Shown here: positions 28,412 through 36,389 of the stretch, piece by piece
Numbering within the stretch: the first letter of the stretch is position 1
Layout of the letters: every line of letters begins with the position of its first letter
From: a virus
Taxonomy: Duplodnaviria > Caudoviricetes
Virus record (IMG/VR): IMGVR_UViG_3300032301_000602
Location: 1 to 54,093 of that record
Strand: one strand, 5' to 3'
DNA length: 54,093 nucleotides
Translations under genes and position numbers: made by a program
Notes under the pieces: generated by a model
Databases searched by the model: none
What the model saw: the letters and a program-made list of their open reading frames with translations, nothing else
Told to the model about the DNA's origin: nothing

Positions 28412-28602
28412 TGGCCGTTGATCCTTTTGACTACGGACTCGACTGACTCCAGCGTTTTCAAGCAGCGCAAATTGCTTCCAACGAAAGAAGAGAAGCCGAA
28501 ATAATCTATCTCTGTTGTCTCGTCTTTTGCTGGTGCTACTGCTGTTATGAAAGCAGGGTTGAGGTATTTATCCTCACCCTTGGTGGTGGTTATTTTGATC
28601 AT
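28408..28602 (-). CDS. Hypothetical early protein
   Basis: MIKITTTKGEDKYLNPAFITAV..ESVESVVKRI. Confidence 0.55.
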   Translation of the reverse strand: MIKITTTKGEDKYLNPAFITAVAPAKDETTEIDYFGFSSFVGSNLRCLKTLESVESVVKRINGQ

Positions 28603-28772
28603 GGGTTGTGTTTGTTTGAGAGCCAGATATCTAACTGGCGATAGGCTACCAGACGTTCCATCCATCCAGCGTTGGTGCTGAAATCTATGGACCAAGCCAG
28701 TAGCGAAGGTTGTTTTGGTTGACGGATCAGGAGCATGACATCATGCATAAAATCCCGAATAAGATTAGACAT
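28599..28772 (-). CDS. Early protein A (paralog of 31746-31934)
   Basis: LIRDFMHDVMLLIR..FSTNAGWMERLVAYRQLDIWLSNKH; differences from the paralog are mostly synonymous. Confidence 0.7.
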   Translation of the reverse strand: MSNLIRDFMHDVMLLIRQPKQPSLLAWSIDFSTNAGWMERLVAYRQLDIWLSNKHNP

Positions 28773-28983
28773 AGGAATCCTCCTGACGTTGGCATTCATC
28801 CTTGATTGCCTTGAGATCAGCAGCATAGGGCAAGCATCCGAGGTAGGCACAGGCATCCTTGACTTGGGCATCCCCGAACTCACGGCACAATTCAAACAGC
28901 GCAAGGCTATTGAACCTCTTGCCGCTAAAGGCGAGGCCCTCCCAGAATTCAAAGTGGGTTTCCCCACAGGCATCAGTCCACAT
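28765..28983 (-). CDS. Early protein B (paralog of 32269-32487)
   Basis: LFELCREFGDAQVKDAC.YLGC.P..ADL..SYV. Confidence 0.7.
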   Translation of the reverse strand: MWTDACGETHFEFWEGLAFSGKRFNSLALFELCREFGDAQVKDACAYLGCLPYAADLKAIKDECQRQEDSYV

Positions 28984-29148
28984 ATTCTACTTCCTTTTTA
29001 ATTGTGCGAAGGGCTTTGACCGCATCCCGAATATCAGCCCGAGGCAAGGGCTTGATATATGTGAAGCGATTGCGGTCTGCATATTCCCTCATCAGGTGGC
29101 GGCGAACTACCTGTTCCAGTAGCTCTACCTGTTCGTCGGTCAGAACAT

Positions 29149-29355
29149 TCATAGTGAGTTGTCCAATTCGGTGTTGCAGATGATGCGATAGGCTTTGATG
29201 GCCTCGCGAATGTCATCCCTTCTCCATTTTTTTACAGTGGGGAACTGATTTTGGTTGCGGGTTTTGAATCCCAACCTGACTGTGCGTCGAAGTACTGTAT
29301 CGAACAGCATCAGGTTCTCCATATTGGGTTTGAATTTTTGTATTTTGGTTTTCAT
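29149..29355 (-). CDS. Hypothetical early protein
   Basis: 68 aa downstream of a TTGAAC-type promoter. Confidence 0.55.
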   Translation of the reverse strand: MKTKIQKFKPNMENLMLFDTVLRRTVRLGFKTRNQNQFPTVKKWRRDDIREAIKAYRIICNTELDNSL

Positions 29356-29363
29356 TGTATTGT

Positions 29364-29393
29364 TCCGACAGTTGTGGTAGTTGTTTTGTTCAA
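29364..29393 (-). promoter_or_regulatory. TTGAAC-N18-GTC promoter
   Basis: TTGAAC-N18-GTCGGA, 8 nt before ATG 29355. Confidence 0.5.
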
Positions 29394-29402
29394 AGAAATT
29401 TT

Positions 29403-29606
29403 ATGAAAAGTAGTTGGTCCATCTATGATTTCCCCGCCGAAGAAGGCGAGACTCCGCTCCCTCCCCCGATCCCGAAACAACCGGAGGTCCCCCGCAAGTT
29501 AACCCAGCGGGAGAAGTTTGAGCTTATCCGCAATCGTCCAGACCGCAAAGGCAGGGGAGCCAGACGCAGGGCGGGAGAGAAGAAGTGGGCAACAAAAGGT
29601 AAGTAG
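29403..29606 (+). CDS. Small Pro/Arg-rich protein C, antisense to the early operon (paralog of 32489-32698)
   Basis: MKSSWSIYDFP..RNRPDRKGRGARRRAGEKKWATKGK; substitutions versus the paralog are synonymous in this frame. Confidence 0.6.
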   Translation: MKSSWSIYDFPAEEGETPLPPPIPKQPEVPRKLTQREKFELIRNRPDRKGRGARRRAGEKKWATKGK

Positions 29607-29610
29607 TTTT

Positions 29611-29886
29611 TCATGCGGTCCTCCAGAATCGCAGGGTCATGGTCCCGTTCCTCCGCTTGATCTGTCTGCCAACAAATTTCATTCCGTTTTTTCTTCCGTA
29701 GGTTGAGGCAATGGACCGGAGGGTGTTGAAGCTTGTCACCGCATCCTTGGGCCAAAGGAATGACTCCCCGACCTGAAGCTTCTTGAGCATGGATGGCAGT
29801 GGGTGGACTATGGTGCGGCTTTGCCCCCCTCGCGGGGAGGGAAGCAATACCGAATCATCTATGACGATGTGGTAACTACGTTTCAT
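29611..29886 (-). CDS. Small putative DNA-binding protein
   Basis: LKKLQVGESFLW..GRKNGMKF..LRFWRTA, a common small phage family. Confidence 0.6.
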   Translation of the reverse strand: MKRSYHIVIDDSVLLPSPRGGQSRTIVHPLPSMLKKLQVGESFLWPKDAVTSFNTLRSIASTYGRKNGMKFVGRQIKRRNGTMTLRFWRTA

Positions 29887-30213
29887 TTATAGATCCCGTT
29901 CATCTTCACTGAGATCCCGAATCAGATCTTGGTAGTTATCTTCTGTATGGATCTGGATCCTGTCCCACAGGAGGGTATCGATAGCCTCTGTTAGCTCTGG
30001 ATAGCCGTATACAGTGACTTTCTCCAGCCTCTGCACCATGTACACCAGATGAAGGGGTTCTCCGTCCAGAGGGGCGATTTCGGCCTTAGTAATCTCGACT
30101 CCGGTGGGTTCGGGATCTTCAGGGTAGGAGTAGTCCAGATCCGCTTCAATAAAAACGGAATAGGTTTTGCTATCGATGGTGATCTCCTTGTCGATTTCGA
30201 TTGAGTAGCTCAC
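29887..30213 (-). CDS. Hypothetical acidic early protein
   Basis: GTG start overlaps the histone-like gene stop, after AAGGA. Confidence 0.55.
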   Translation of the reverse strand: MSYSIEIDKEITIDSKTYSVFIEADLDYSYPEDPEPTGVEITKAEIAPLDGEPLHLVYMVQRLEKVTVYGYPELTEAIDTLLWDRIQIHTEDNYQDLIRDLSEDERDL

Positions 30214-30392
30214 AGTGTCTTTCCTTTCGATGGGGCTTGAGTGACGATAGCCTTGCAAGCGGAACGTGCCGCCGCTTCGACTCTATCGATAGTTTCCTGA
30301 CTGACTCTGGAAAACTTGTGGGCGCGATTGGTCGCAGCGAATTCCAGAATGTATTTTTTGACTTTGGATTTGTTGATCAGTGCGTTGTTCAT
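30210..30392 (-). CDS. Histone-fold-like protein, copy 1
   Basis: LINKSKVKKYI..RVSQETIDRVE..ACKAIVTQA.SKGKTL matches the bacterial histone alpha1-L1-alpha2-L2 pattern. Confidence 0.6.
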   Translation of the reverse strand: MNNALINKSKVKKYILEFAATNRAHKFSRVSQETIDRVEAAARSACKAIVTQAPSKGKTL

Positions 30393-30397
30393 GGTTT

Positions 30398-30937
30398 TTA
30401 TTTGGATTCGGGATTTTGGTTGGGGGATGAAAGGCGAAGCCACTCATCGTTGACCTTTTTCATGCGTTGCTTGAGGTCTCCTAGCTTCTCTGGACAGTAG
30501 GTTTCCAGATTGTTGATAGCTTCCCAAGCAATCCAAGAGAATGCGTTGGTAATGTCCTTGTGCTTATTCATGGTTTTTTCTATTTGGTTTTTGTTTTGTT
30601 GTGGCAGATCAGAACCAGATTCTCCTGAGAGATCCGATGACCGCATCGTGCCGTGAAATCCATGGGGATGGTGGGAAATTCGGGTGTTGTCACCATCTTC
30701 CCGTCAAACAGGACAGGGATCTGTTCCCCTGCGATGTTGAGTGTGAGCTTATTCATTGGTTTATTTATATATATGAAGGTCTGCATATCCATTGGGTAAA
30801 ATTACAACATCTACATAGTCCCCGTGCTGGAGTCTGTCTGTGGCGGATCGGGATACGAAATAGATGTAAACTCCATCTACTTGGATAAACTTTTCACCAT
30901 CTCCCATAACCATAACATTTCGTATGATCTTATTCAT
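30398..30937 (-). other. Three small hypothetical early genes (30398-30571, 30580-30756, 30761-30937)
   Basis: Closely packed ATG ORFs of 57-58 aa, all starting MNK. Confidence 0.5.
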
Positions 30938-31490
30938 TGTTGCTCATCATCTTCCAAATGAATAGGTCTGCATCCGCCAGACACAGGTGGGGAAAGGAGG
31001 AGGCAATAAGCTCTCTCGCCTGTTTCTCCAACTGGTCATAGCGTTTTCCACTGGGTGTCTGCTTGGGTGTCTTGACACCATGCGTCTCGCGCATCCAGCG
31101 AAGAATATGGGTGTCCAGCACTGCTCCCTCATGGTTTGGGCGGGAATGGAGCAGGAAGAAGTTTGCTGTCTTTGGCCCGATCCCGTGAACCTTGAGGAGA
31201 TCTCCCATCGTGCATGTACGGAGGTTGAGCTTCATCACTCCCAGCAGGGCGGGGAGAATGCGGTTGTACTGTCCGACCTTCCAAAATCGCAGATGGTCCA
31301 ACAAAGGAATCCGCTTGAGGTAATCGAAGGGGGTTTCATCTGGTTTCGCCTCCTTCAATACTTTTGCAATGAGGTTGGCGGTTTGTCTGGCATTCTTCCC
31401 TGCGACTGCAATGGAAAACACCATGAATGATTCCAGTTCAGCATCTGTGCGCTGGAAGTTGGTGATGTTAAGTGGATCTACTGTTTTCAT
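30930..31490 (-). CDS. HhH-GPD superfamily DNA glycosylase (Ogg-like)
   Basis: DLLKVHGIGPKTANFFLLHS..VLDTHILRWM..Y..LE..ADADLFIW. Confidence 0.8.
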   Translation of the reverse strand: MKTVDPLNITNFQRTDAELESFMVFSIAVAGKNARQTANLIAKVLKEAKPDETPFDYLKRIPLLDHLRFWKVGQYNRILPALLGVMKLNLRTCTMGDLLKVHGIGPKTANFFLLHSRPNHEGAVLDTHILRWMRETHGVKTPKQTPSGKRYDQLEKQARELIASSFPHLCLADADLFIWKMMSNNE

Positions 31491-31753
31491 TTGTTGTCGA
31501 TTAAGTATTCTTCTTCCAGCATTTCATTGTCCCTCAATCCCTTGAGAAGGTCTCCGAAGTCCTCGTCTGGTATTGAGGTGGGGTAGTTTTGTTCGTAGTA
31601 GCCAGCACCTCCGAAGGTATCGTGTTCGTATTTCCACAACTCTCCTTGTGTTGTGGTGAGACGCATTGTCCCCGATTCCGAGGTTAGGGTGATGACTCTC
31701 TGTGCGTAGGGGTAACGGACCCCTTTCGTAGTGTGGGTATATCTCTTATTCAT
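31487..31753 (-). CDS. Hypothetical early protein
   Basis: 88 aa, coupled. Confidence 0.55.
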   Translation of the reverse strand: MNKRYTHTTKGVRYPYAQRVITLTSESGTMRLTTTQGELWKYEHDTFGGAGYYEQNYPTSIPDEDFGDLLKGLRDNEMLEEEYLIDNK

Positions 31754-31934
31754 TGTCTGTTGTGTGTTTGTTGGATAGCCAGATGTCTAACTGGCGAAAA
31801 GCTACGAGACGTTCCATCCATCCTGCATTAGTGGAGAAGTGGATGCCGTGTGCCAGTAGCGAAGGTTGTGGTTTGGGTTTGCGGATTAGGAGCATGACAT
31901 CATGCACAAAATCCCGAATCAATCCTCTGCTCAT
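31746..31934 (-). CDS. Early protein A' (paralog of 28599-28772)
   Basis: See A. Confidence 0.7.
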   Translation of the reverse strand: MSRGLIRDFVHDVMLLIRKPKPQPSLLAHGIHFSTNAGWMERLVAFRQLDIWLSNKHTTDNE

Positions 31935-32248
31935 ATGGCAGACTCCGCATCCATCCACAGTAGTGCTGGATGGGTTTTCTTTACCACATAAATGTGGAAG
32001 TGGGCATCCCGTGGGTTGACCTTATGTTTTCGGAGGTCAATGGTGGAAACGCCTTTCATTTCCTTGCGTTCCTTAACCCAGTCATAGACCTTGCTGGCAT
32101 CCTCTCTGGATGAGCATGCCCATGCAACTCGACTGGTCCCGCCTTTAGCAGCACCCCAGTGGGACATGAATGTGTCTCTGGCAATGACTCCGAAGTGGTG
32201 GGTGGATTTCTGTTCTTTGGTTCTATCGTCTTTGGTTGTGGTTTTCAT
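31931..32248 (-). CDS. Hypothetical early protein
   Basis: DTFMSHWG.A.GG.S..AWAC..HFHIY. Confidence 0.6.
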   Translation of the reverse strand: MKTTTKDDRTKEQKSTHHFGVIARDTFMSHWGAAKGGTSRVAWACSSREDASKVYDWVKERKEMKGVSTIDLRKHKVNPRDAHFHIYVVKKTHPALLWMDAESAI

Positions 32249-32268
32249 TGGTGGTTATTTTTCTGGTT

Positions 32269-32487
32269 TTATACATAGCTTGCTTCTACTCGCTCACACT
32301 CTTGACGAATGGACGAGAGGTCAGCAATACATGGAAAGCATCCGAGGTGAACACAGGCATCCAGCACCTGTGCGTCTCCAAATTCTCTGCAAAGGTTGAA
32401 CAATGGCAATGACTGAAATGTGCGACCATTGATCTTAATTCCTTGCCATAGCTCAAACTGTATGTTACCGAGTGCGTCTTTAAACAT
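32269..32487 (-). CDS. Early protein B' (paralog of 28765-28983)
   Basis: See B. Confidence 0.7.
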   Translation of the reverse strand: MFKDALGNIQFELWQGIKINGRTFQSLPLFNLCREFGDAQVLDACVHLGCFPCIADLSSIRQECERVEASYV

Positions 32488-32488
32488 A

Positions 32489-32698
32489 ATGAGATCCTCT
32501 TGGTCTATTCACGATTTCCCTCCGTCTGATGGCGAGACTCCGGCTCCGCAACCAGACAAGCCCATCCCCGCGACTCCTCTGACTTGGCAGGAGAAGGCAG
32601 CAATCCGTTTTGAGGCACTGCGTAATCGTCCAGACCGCAAAGGCAGGGGAGCCAGACGCAGGGCAGGAGAGAAGAAGTGGGCAACCAAGGGGAAGTGA
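32489..32698 (+). CDS. Small protein C' (paralog of 29403-29606), antisense to the early operon
   Basis: MRSSWSIHDFP..RNRPDRKGRGARRRAGEKKWATKGK. Confidence 0.6.
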   Translation: MRSSWSIHDFPPSDGETPAPQPDKPIPATPLTWQEKAAIRFEALRNRPDRKGRGARRRAGEKKWATKGK

Positions 32699-32817
32699 TT
32701 CATTCTTCTGACTCCTCTGGGAAGATAACCAGCACAGGGTTGTCATGTCCTTTGACCTCCAGATTGAATTGCTGGTGGTTGTCGTTCTGGACAGAGGCGT
32801 GATCGTGATTGCTTTCA

Positions 32818-33548
32818 TTAATTTTCCTCCGTTGCTTTAATTGCTTGCCATGCGTTGCTGATCGCATCCTCAAGCATTCTCTGCATGGAGGAGTCTTCAG
32901 CTTGTTCTGGTTCGATCATCTGCACAAGATGCTTCAACACTTTGCACAATTGCTGTTCGTTTGCGCTCACAGTGTCTTTCCTTTCGATGGGGCCGAGGTC
33001 ACTGTATACCATTGCTGTTTTTTGGGTTTCATTGGTCTTTAATCTCCCGTTGCAATTTCTCGTATTGTTTTTGTAGGTGCTTTGCGGTCTCTGACTCGTC
33101 GCCAGAGTAGTCGTTGGCAAGAGAGATCGCCTCTGCTGCTAATGACATTGCCTTGTATAGTGCTTGTTGTGTTTTGGTTTTCATTGGGTCTTTGGTTTTC
33201 TGTTGTGGTTTATTTGTTGTCTTCTAATTCGTCTACGCAGGCTTTAATCATGTCGAGATAGTATCCTCCGAGCTTGAAATCCCGCGCATCCTCATAGCAG
33301 CAGCATCCGAGGTAGTCAGATGCCTCCACGCCATGAGAATCCCGCACAGTGACTTTGGCCGTGAACCATGCCCACTGATCCCCAGACTCAAGGCGAGCAA
33401 TGATCCTATCCTCATAGGCTTTGTCTTCCTCGTCTCCCCAAGCAGAAACATTGCCTATGACTGTGACTGTTTCCGGTAGTGCCTCCAGTGTGATATCATA
33501 CTCACGCTCATAGGCTTTGATTAGGTCCTGTTCTGTGGTCTTCATCAT
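32818..33548 (-). other. Small early genes 32818-32970, 32967-33032 (21-aa mini-ORF), 33029-33184, 33210-33548
   Basis: Overlap-coupled ORFs with CA-rich leaders. Confidence 0.5.
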
Positions 33549-33727
33549 AGTGTTTGTCCTTTCGATGGTGCGGCAGCTACGATTGACTGACATGCGGAAC
33601 GTGTTGCTGCCTCGACCTTCATTAATGTGTCCTCACTGACTCTGGTAAACTTGTGGTGGCGTGTCTTGGAGGCATGGTCCAAGAGGTACTGCTTCACGCT
33701 TTTGACTGTGATTAGTTTGCTGCTCAT
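33545..33727 (-). CDS. Histone-fold-like protein, copy 2
   Basis: LITVKSVKQYLL..RVSEDTLMKVEAATRSACQSIV.AAPSKGQTL; same length (60 aa) as copy 1. Confidence 0.55.
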   Translation of the reverse strand: MSSKLITVKSVKQYLLDHASKTRHHKFTRVSEDTLMKVEAATRSACQSIVAAAPSKGQTL

Positions 33728-33731
33728 AAGA

Positions 33732-34172
33732 TTATCCAAAGACAACATCTCCCCAGAGGCACAGTTGAAGAAATACATCTCCGGTCTCTGCATCGTCGTT
33801 GTCGTTCATTAGGTTTTTGAAATGGTGGGACCATTTGCCGCTTGCCAGTAATTGCAATCCGGCGCGAATAGTTCCGAGATCGAGCAGACCATCTGGCATG
33901 GATTCCTCATCATCTCCCACGATCAGATATCCTCCCCTGTTGGTGGGGAAGTCTGTGTAGCTTGTGGGCTTCTCCATGAGGTCTGGCATATAACGGAACG
34001 TGAATTGCTCCGGTGCTTTCTTGACTTTGATATGATACCAGTAGTTACTACCTCCCTCGAAAGCGCAGCAGAGCATGTCTGCGACTCGCTCAAGAGGGAC
34101 CTCGACTTCTGTCGTTACCTTAAACGACTGACGTAACTGGTTGTGTTTATTTGCGGTGGTTGTGGTTTCCAT
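33732..34172 (-). CDS. Hypothetical early protein
   Basis: AFEGGSNYW..DDAETGDVFLQLCLWGDVVFG, a recurrent phage family. Confidence 0.65.
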   Translation of the reverse strand: METTTTANKHNQLRQSFKVTTEVEVPLERVADMLCCAFEGGSNYWYHIKVKKAPEQFTFRYMPDLMEKPTSYTDFPTNRGGYLIVGDDEESMPDGLLDLGTIRAGLQLLASGKWSHHFKNLMNDNDDAETGDVFLQLCLWGDVVFG

Positions 34173-34176
34173 AAGA

Positions 34177-34392
34177 TTAGTTGGTTTGTAATTTGAGGTT
34201 CTTTTCTTCCATAGCATAAGCAGAATTCTCCAGAGAAGTATTCAATGTGCGGAGGGTATGCCAGATGCTATCCAATCCCTTCTTGTCGAAGGATGAGAGT
34301 AGCTCCATGTCCACCTCCCAAAGCATGTCTGCCATAGCACCGACTATCATGGCGGCTTTGCGAGTTTCTTTGATGGTGGTTGTGGTGGTCAT
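34177..34392 (-). CDS. Hypothetical early protein
   Basis: First gene after the 34419-34446 promoter. Confidence 0.55.
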   Translation of the reverse strand: MTTTTTIKETRKAAMIVGAMADMLWEVDMELLSSFDKKGLDSIWHTLRTLNTSLENSAYAMEEKNLKLQTN

Positions 34393-34418
34393 GGTGGTTG
34401 TGACTTGTTGTGACTTTG

Positions 34419-34467
34419 ACTGTATTGGGTTGGACATAGTATGCAAGTAAAAAATACAAAATATTTA
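34419..34467 (-). promoter_or_regulatory. Sigma70-like early promoter with AT-rich UP element
   Basis: TTGCAT-N16-TACAGT preceded by AATATTTTGTATTTTTTA. Confidence 0.6.
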
Positions 34468-34473
34468 AGGGAG

Positions 34474-34502
34474 AAAAGGGGAGCGGGAAAATCCCGCCCC
34501 CC
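34474..34502 (-). terminator. Intrinsic terminator
   Basis: GGGGGCGGGA-TTT-TCCCGCTCCCC-TTTT. Confidence 0.65.
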
Positions 34503-34509
34503 TAACCTA

Positions 34510-34767
34510 CTAACGTCTGCTCGCCATAGCTTTAAGCTCGGCCTTGATCCGCTTCGCATTCTCGCCCCGCCATGATGACGCATTGGACAGGAAATAAAGC
34601 ACGATTGACCGCGCATCGTCGTATCCATAGTTGTCATCGATGGAGTCGAGACCCATCATGGCAGACAGATATGGCTTTGCAGCAAAGTTGACTTTCGTCC
34701 AATCTCGCCTTATCTCGCTGGCAATGGTGGAGAGACTACGCTTTTCGGTTTGGTTTTTTGTTATCAT
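34510..34767 (-). CDS. Conserved phage early protein
   Basis: RSLSTIASEIRRDW..AAKPYLSAM..LYFLSNASSWRGENAKRIKAEL. Confidence 0.7.
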   Translation of the reverse strand: MITKNQTEKRSLSTIASEIRRDWTKVNFAAKPYLSAMMGLDSIDDNYGYDDARSIVLYFLSNASSWRGENAKRIKAELKAMASRR

Positions 34768-34791
34768 ATATGGTTGGTTGTTGGTTGTTGT

Positions 34792-35496
34792 TTATTCATC
34801 ACCACCGGAGGTCAGCTTCGCTTTAGCTGTCTGGTAACCATGAGCAGTGATGAAAATATGGGGAAGGGGTTTGCTCCGGCTTGCGGTGCGTCTGTTGCCA
34901 TCGCACAATCCGCATTGCTTGCAGGTCATTCCCTTTGCATCCGCCAGACATTCGATTCCGGTGGCAGGTATGGCATGCGGCACAACGGAAAAGGTGCGAA
35001 GACCGAGAGATTGTGCCTGTCTAAAGTTGCCAACCTCCGTTGATGCCATGAAAAATTGACCATAGGCCTGTGCTGTCTCCACGGGCATTAAATGCCAGTC
35101 ATGGAAATAGCCTGTGATCTTTTTTGCTTTGCTGGCAATGTCTTTGACCATGTCAAGAGGAATTAGTGACGGATTCCCATAGGCTCCAAAGCGCACAAAT
35201 TCCACCGAAAAGAAAGCATCCCATTCCGGTGATCCCATGAGGAGGGGTGGATATCCTCCCCTCTGGAATTTACGCCAGATCGAGGAGAGAGGATTGGCGT
35301 TAACATAACATCCGTTGCCACTGGCGAATCTGCAACCCATGCACTGGTTCTGTGCGTCATGTCCTGTTTTCCTTGACTCTACAGGGTGCATGCTTGCATC
35401 AAGGATCCAAAGTTGCACAGACTCGCCTGTCTTCCGGTTTGCACTGTTCGCAGTGGCGATGACGATGACTGACTCGGTTTGGTGTATAAGGTACAT
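34792..35496 (-). CDS. Cys-rich early protein (possible Fe-S/radical-SAM-like fold)
   Basis: NRKTG..CMGC..GCYV..VRFGAYGNP..GYFHDW..C..CKQCGLC. Confidence 0.55.
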   Translation of the reverse strand: MYLIHQTESVIVIATANSANRKTGESVQLWILDASMHPVESRKTGHDAQNQCMGCRFASGNGCYVNANPLSSIWRKFQRGGYPPLLMGSPEWDAFFSVEFVRFGAYGNPSLIPLDMVKDIASKAKKITGYFHDWHLMPVETAQAYGQFFMASTEVGNFRQAQSLGLRTFSVVPHAIPATGIECLADAKGMTCKQCGLCDGNRRTASRSKPLPHIFITAHGYQTAKAKLTSGGDE

Positions 35497-35503
35497 GGTA
35501 GTA

Positions 35504-35758
35504 TTAGTCCCAAAGGAGGATTGCCAGCGTCCCAAGGAACGCGAGCATGGCGACTTCGAGCAGAGTCTGTATGGTGGATGGTTCGATCATGGTGTGATTA
35601 GGTGAAGGCTGAAAAGGAGAGGGGAAAATCCCGAAACAAAACAAGATACTTCCCCCCACGCATAGAGCAAAGGGTGAAGCTTGTCGGAATTCTCGCATGA
35701 TCCCGCGAAGGTAGAACGCGAAGCGGGGAGTGTTGAATTTGTAGAGGTTGTATTTCAT
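35504..35758 (-). CDS. First early gene, hydrophobic (may be two small ORFs)
   Basis: ATG 8 nt after the promoter -10; C-terminal TM segment. Confidence 0.4.
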   Translation of the reverse strand: MKYNLYKFNTPRFAFYLRGIMREFRQASPFALCVGGSILFCFGIFPSPFQPSPNHTMIEPSTIQTLLEVAMLAFLGTLAILLWD

Positions 35759-35766
35759 ACGGGGAC

Positions 35767-35795
35767 AAATTAAGACGGGGGAAGGGCAAGGGCAA
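35767..35795 (-). promoter_or_regulatory. Sigma70-like early promoter
   Basis: TTGCCC-N17-TAATTT with AT-rich upstream tract. Confidence 0.55.
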
Positions 35796-35799
35796 GATT

Positions 35800-36350
35800 T
35801 ATTTTCAATTAGATTAAAGATTACTCGAACGTTCGTTTAAATGGGGGGGATTGCTCCAATGCGGGAATGGGGGGTAGTACAAGTCATGTCCTATGCCCCC
35901 CCCAAGGGGAGAAGCTTGGAGCGAATAGGGGCGGGGGCGAAGTTGTCTCATGCCATAGGGCAAGGGGAAGCGAAGGGGCATTATGTTTCGGGATTTCATC
36001 CTACCCGAACCCGATTACCTGACAAGAACGGGGCGGGATGGAGCGCAATTGAGGCCAGCAAAGGCGGGGATTCCGCCATGCCATGATGAGCGGGGAATGG
36101 TCAAAGCCCGTCATATGGCCGTTTAAACGTATTACCACCTATCAAAGCGGGGGAACGGGGCCGGATGGTCAAGGGAAGCGGGGTGAACGCATGCAATCGG
36201 GACCCATAGGCGGGACGCAAGGCGAAGCGGGGACGGGGCGGCGGGACAGCATGCAGGACACCACACACAGCCACCCACCATACGGGTGGTCGGTCCACCC
36301 TTCTCTATGGGACGGCGGCATCACCACGAGAATACCCGATCTCAAGTTTT
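35800..36350. other. Non-coding G-skewed region between divergent transcription units (candidate genome end/packaging or origin region)
   Basis: Many G3-G7 runs on + strand, switching to C/A-rich near 36260; no credible ORF. Confidence 0.45.
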
Positions 36351-36352
36351 AT

Positions 36353-36381
36353 TTGACAAAACAATTCTGAGTAACTACACT
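36353..36381 (+). promoter_or_regulatory. Sigma70 promoter, near-leaderless
   Basis: TTGACA-N17-TACACT, 8 nt before ATG 36390. Confidence 0.7.
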
Positions 36382-36389
36382 AGTCTACT

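Noticed and set aside
28599-33727. Diversity-generating retroelement TR/VR pair
   Set aside because: Differences between copies are synonymous, not adenine-specific, and there is no reverse transcriptase.
35814-36370. Short ORFs in the G-rich region
   Set aside because: Low-complexity Gly/Arg/Pro translations without coupling or leaders.
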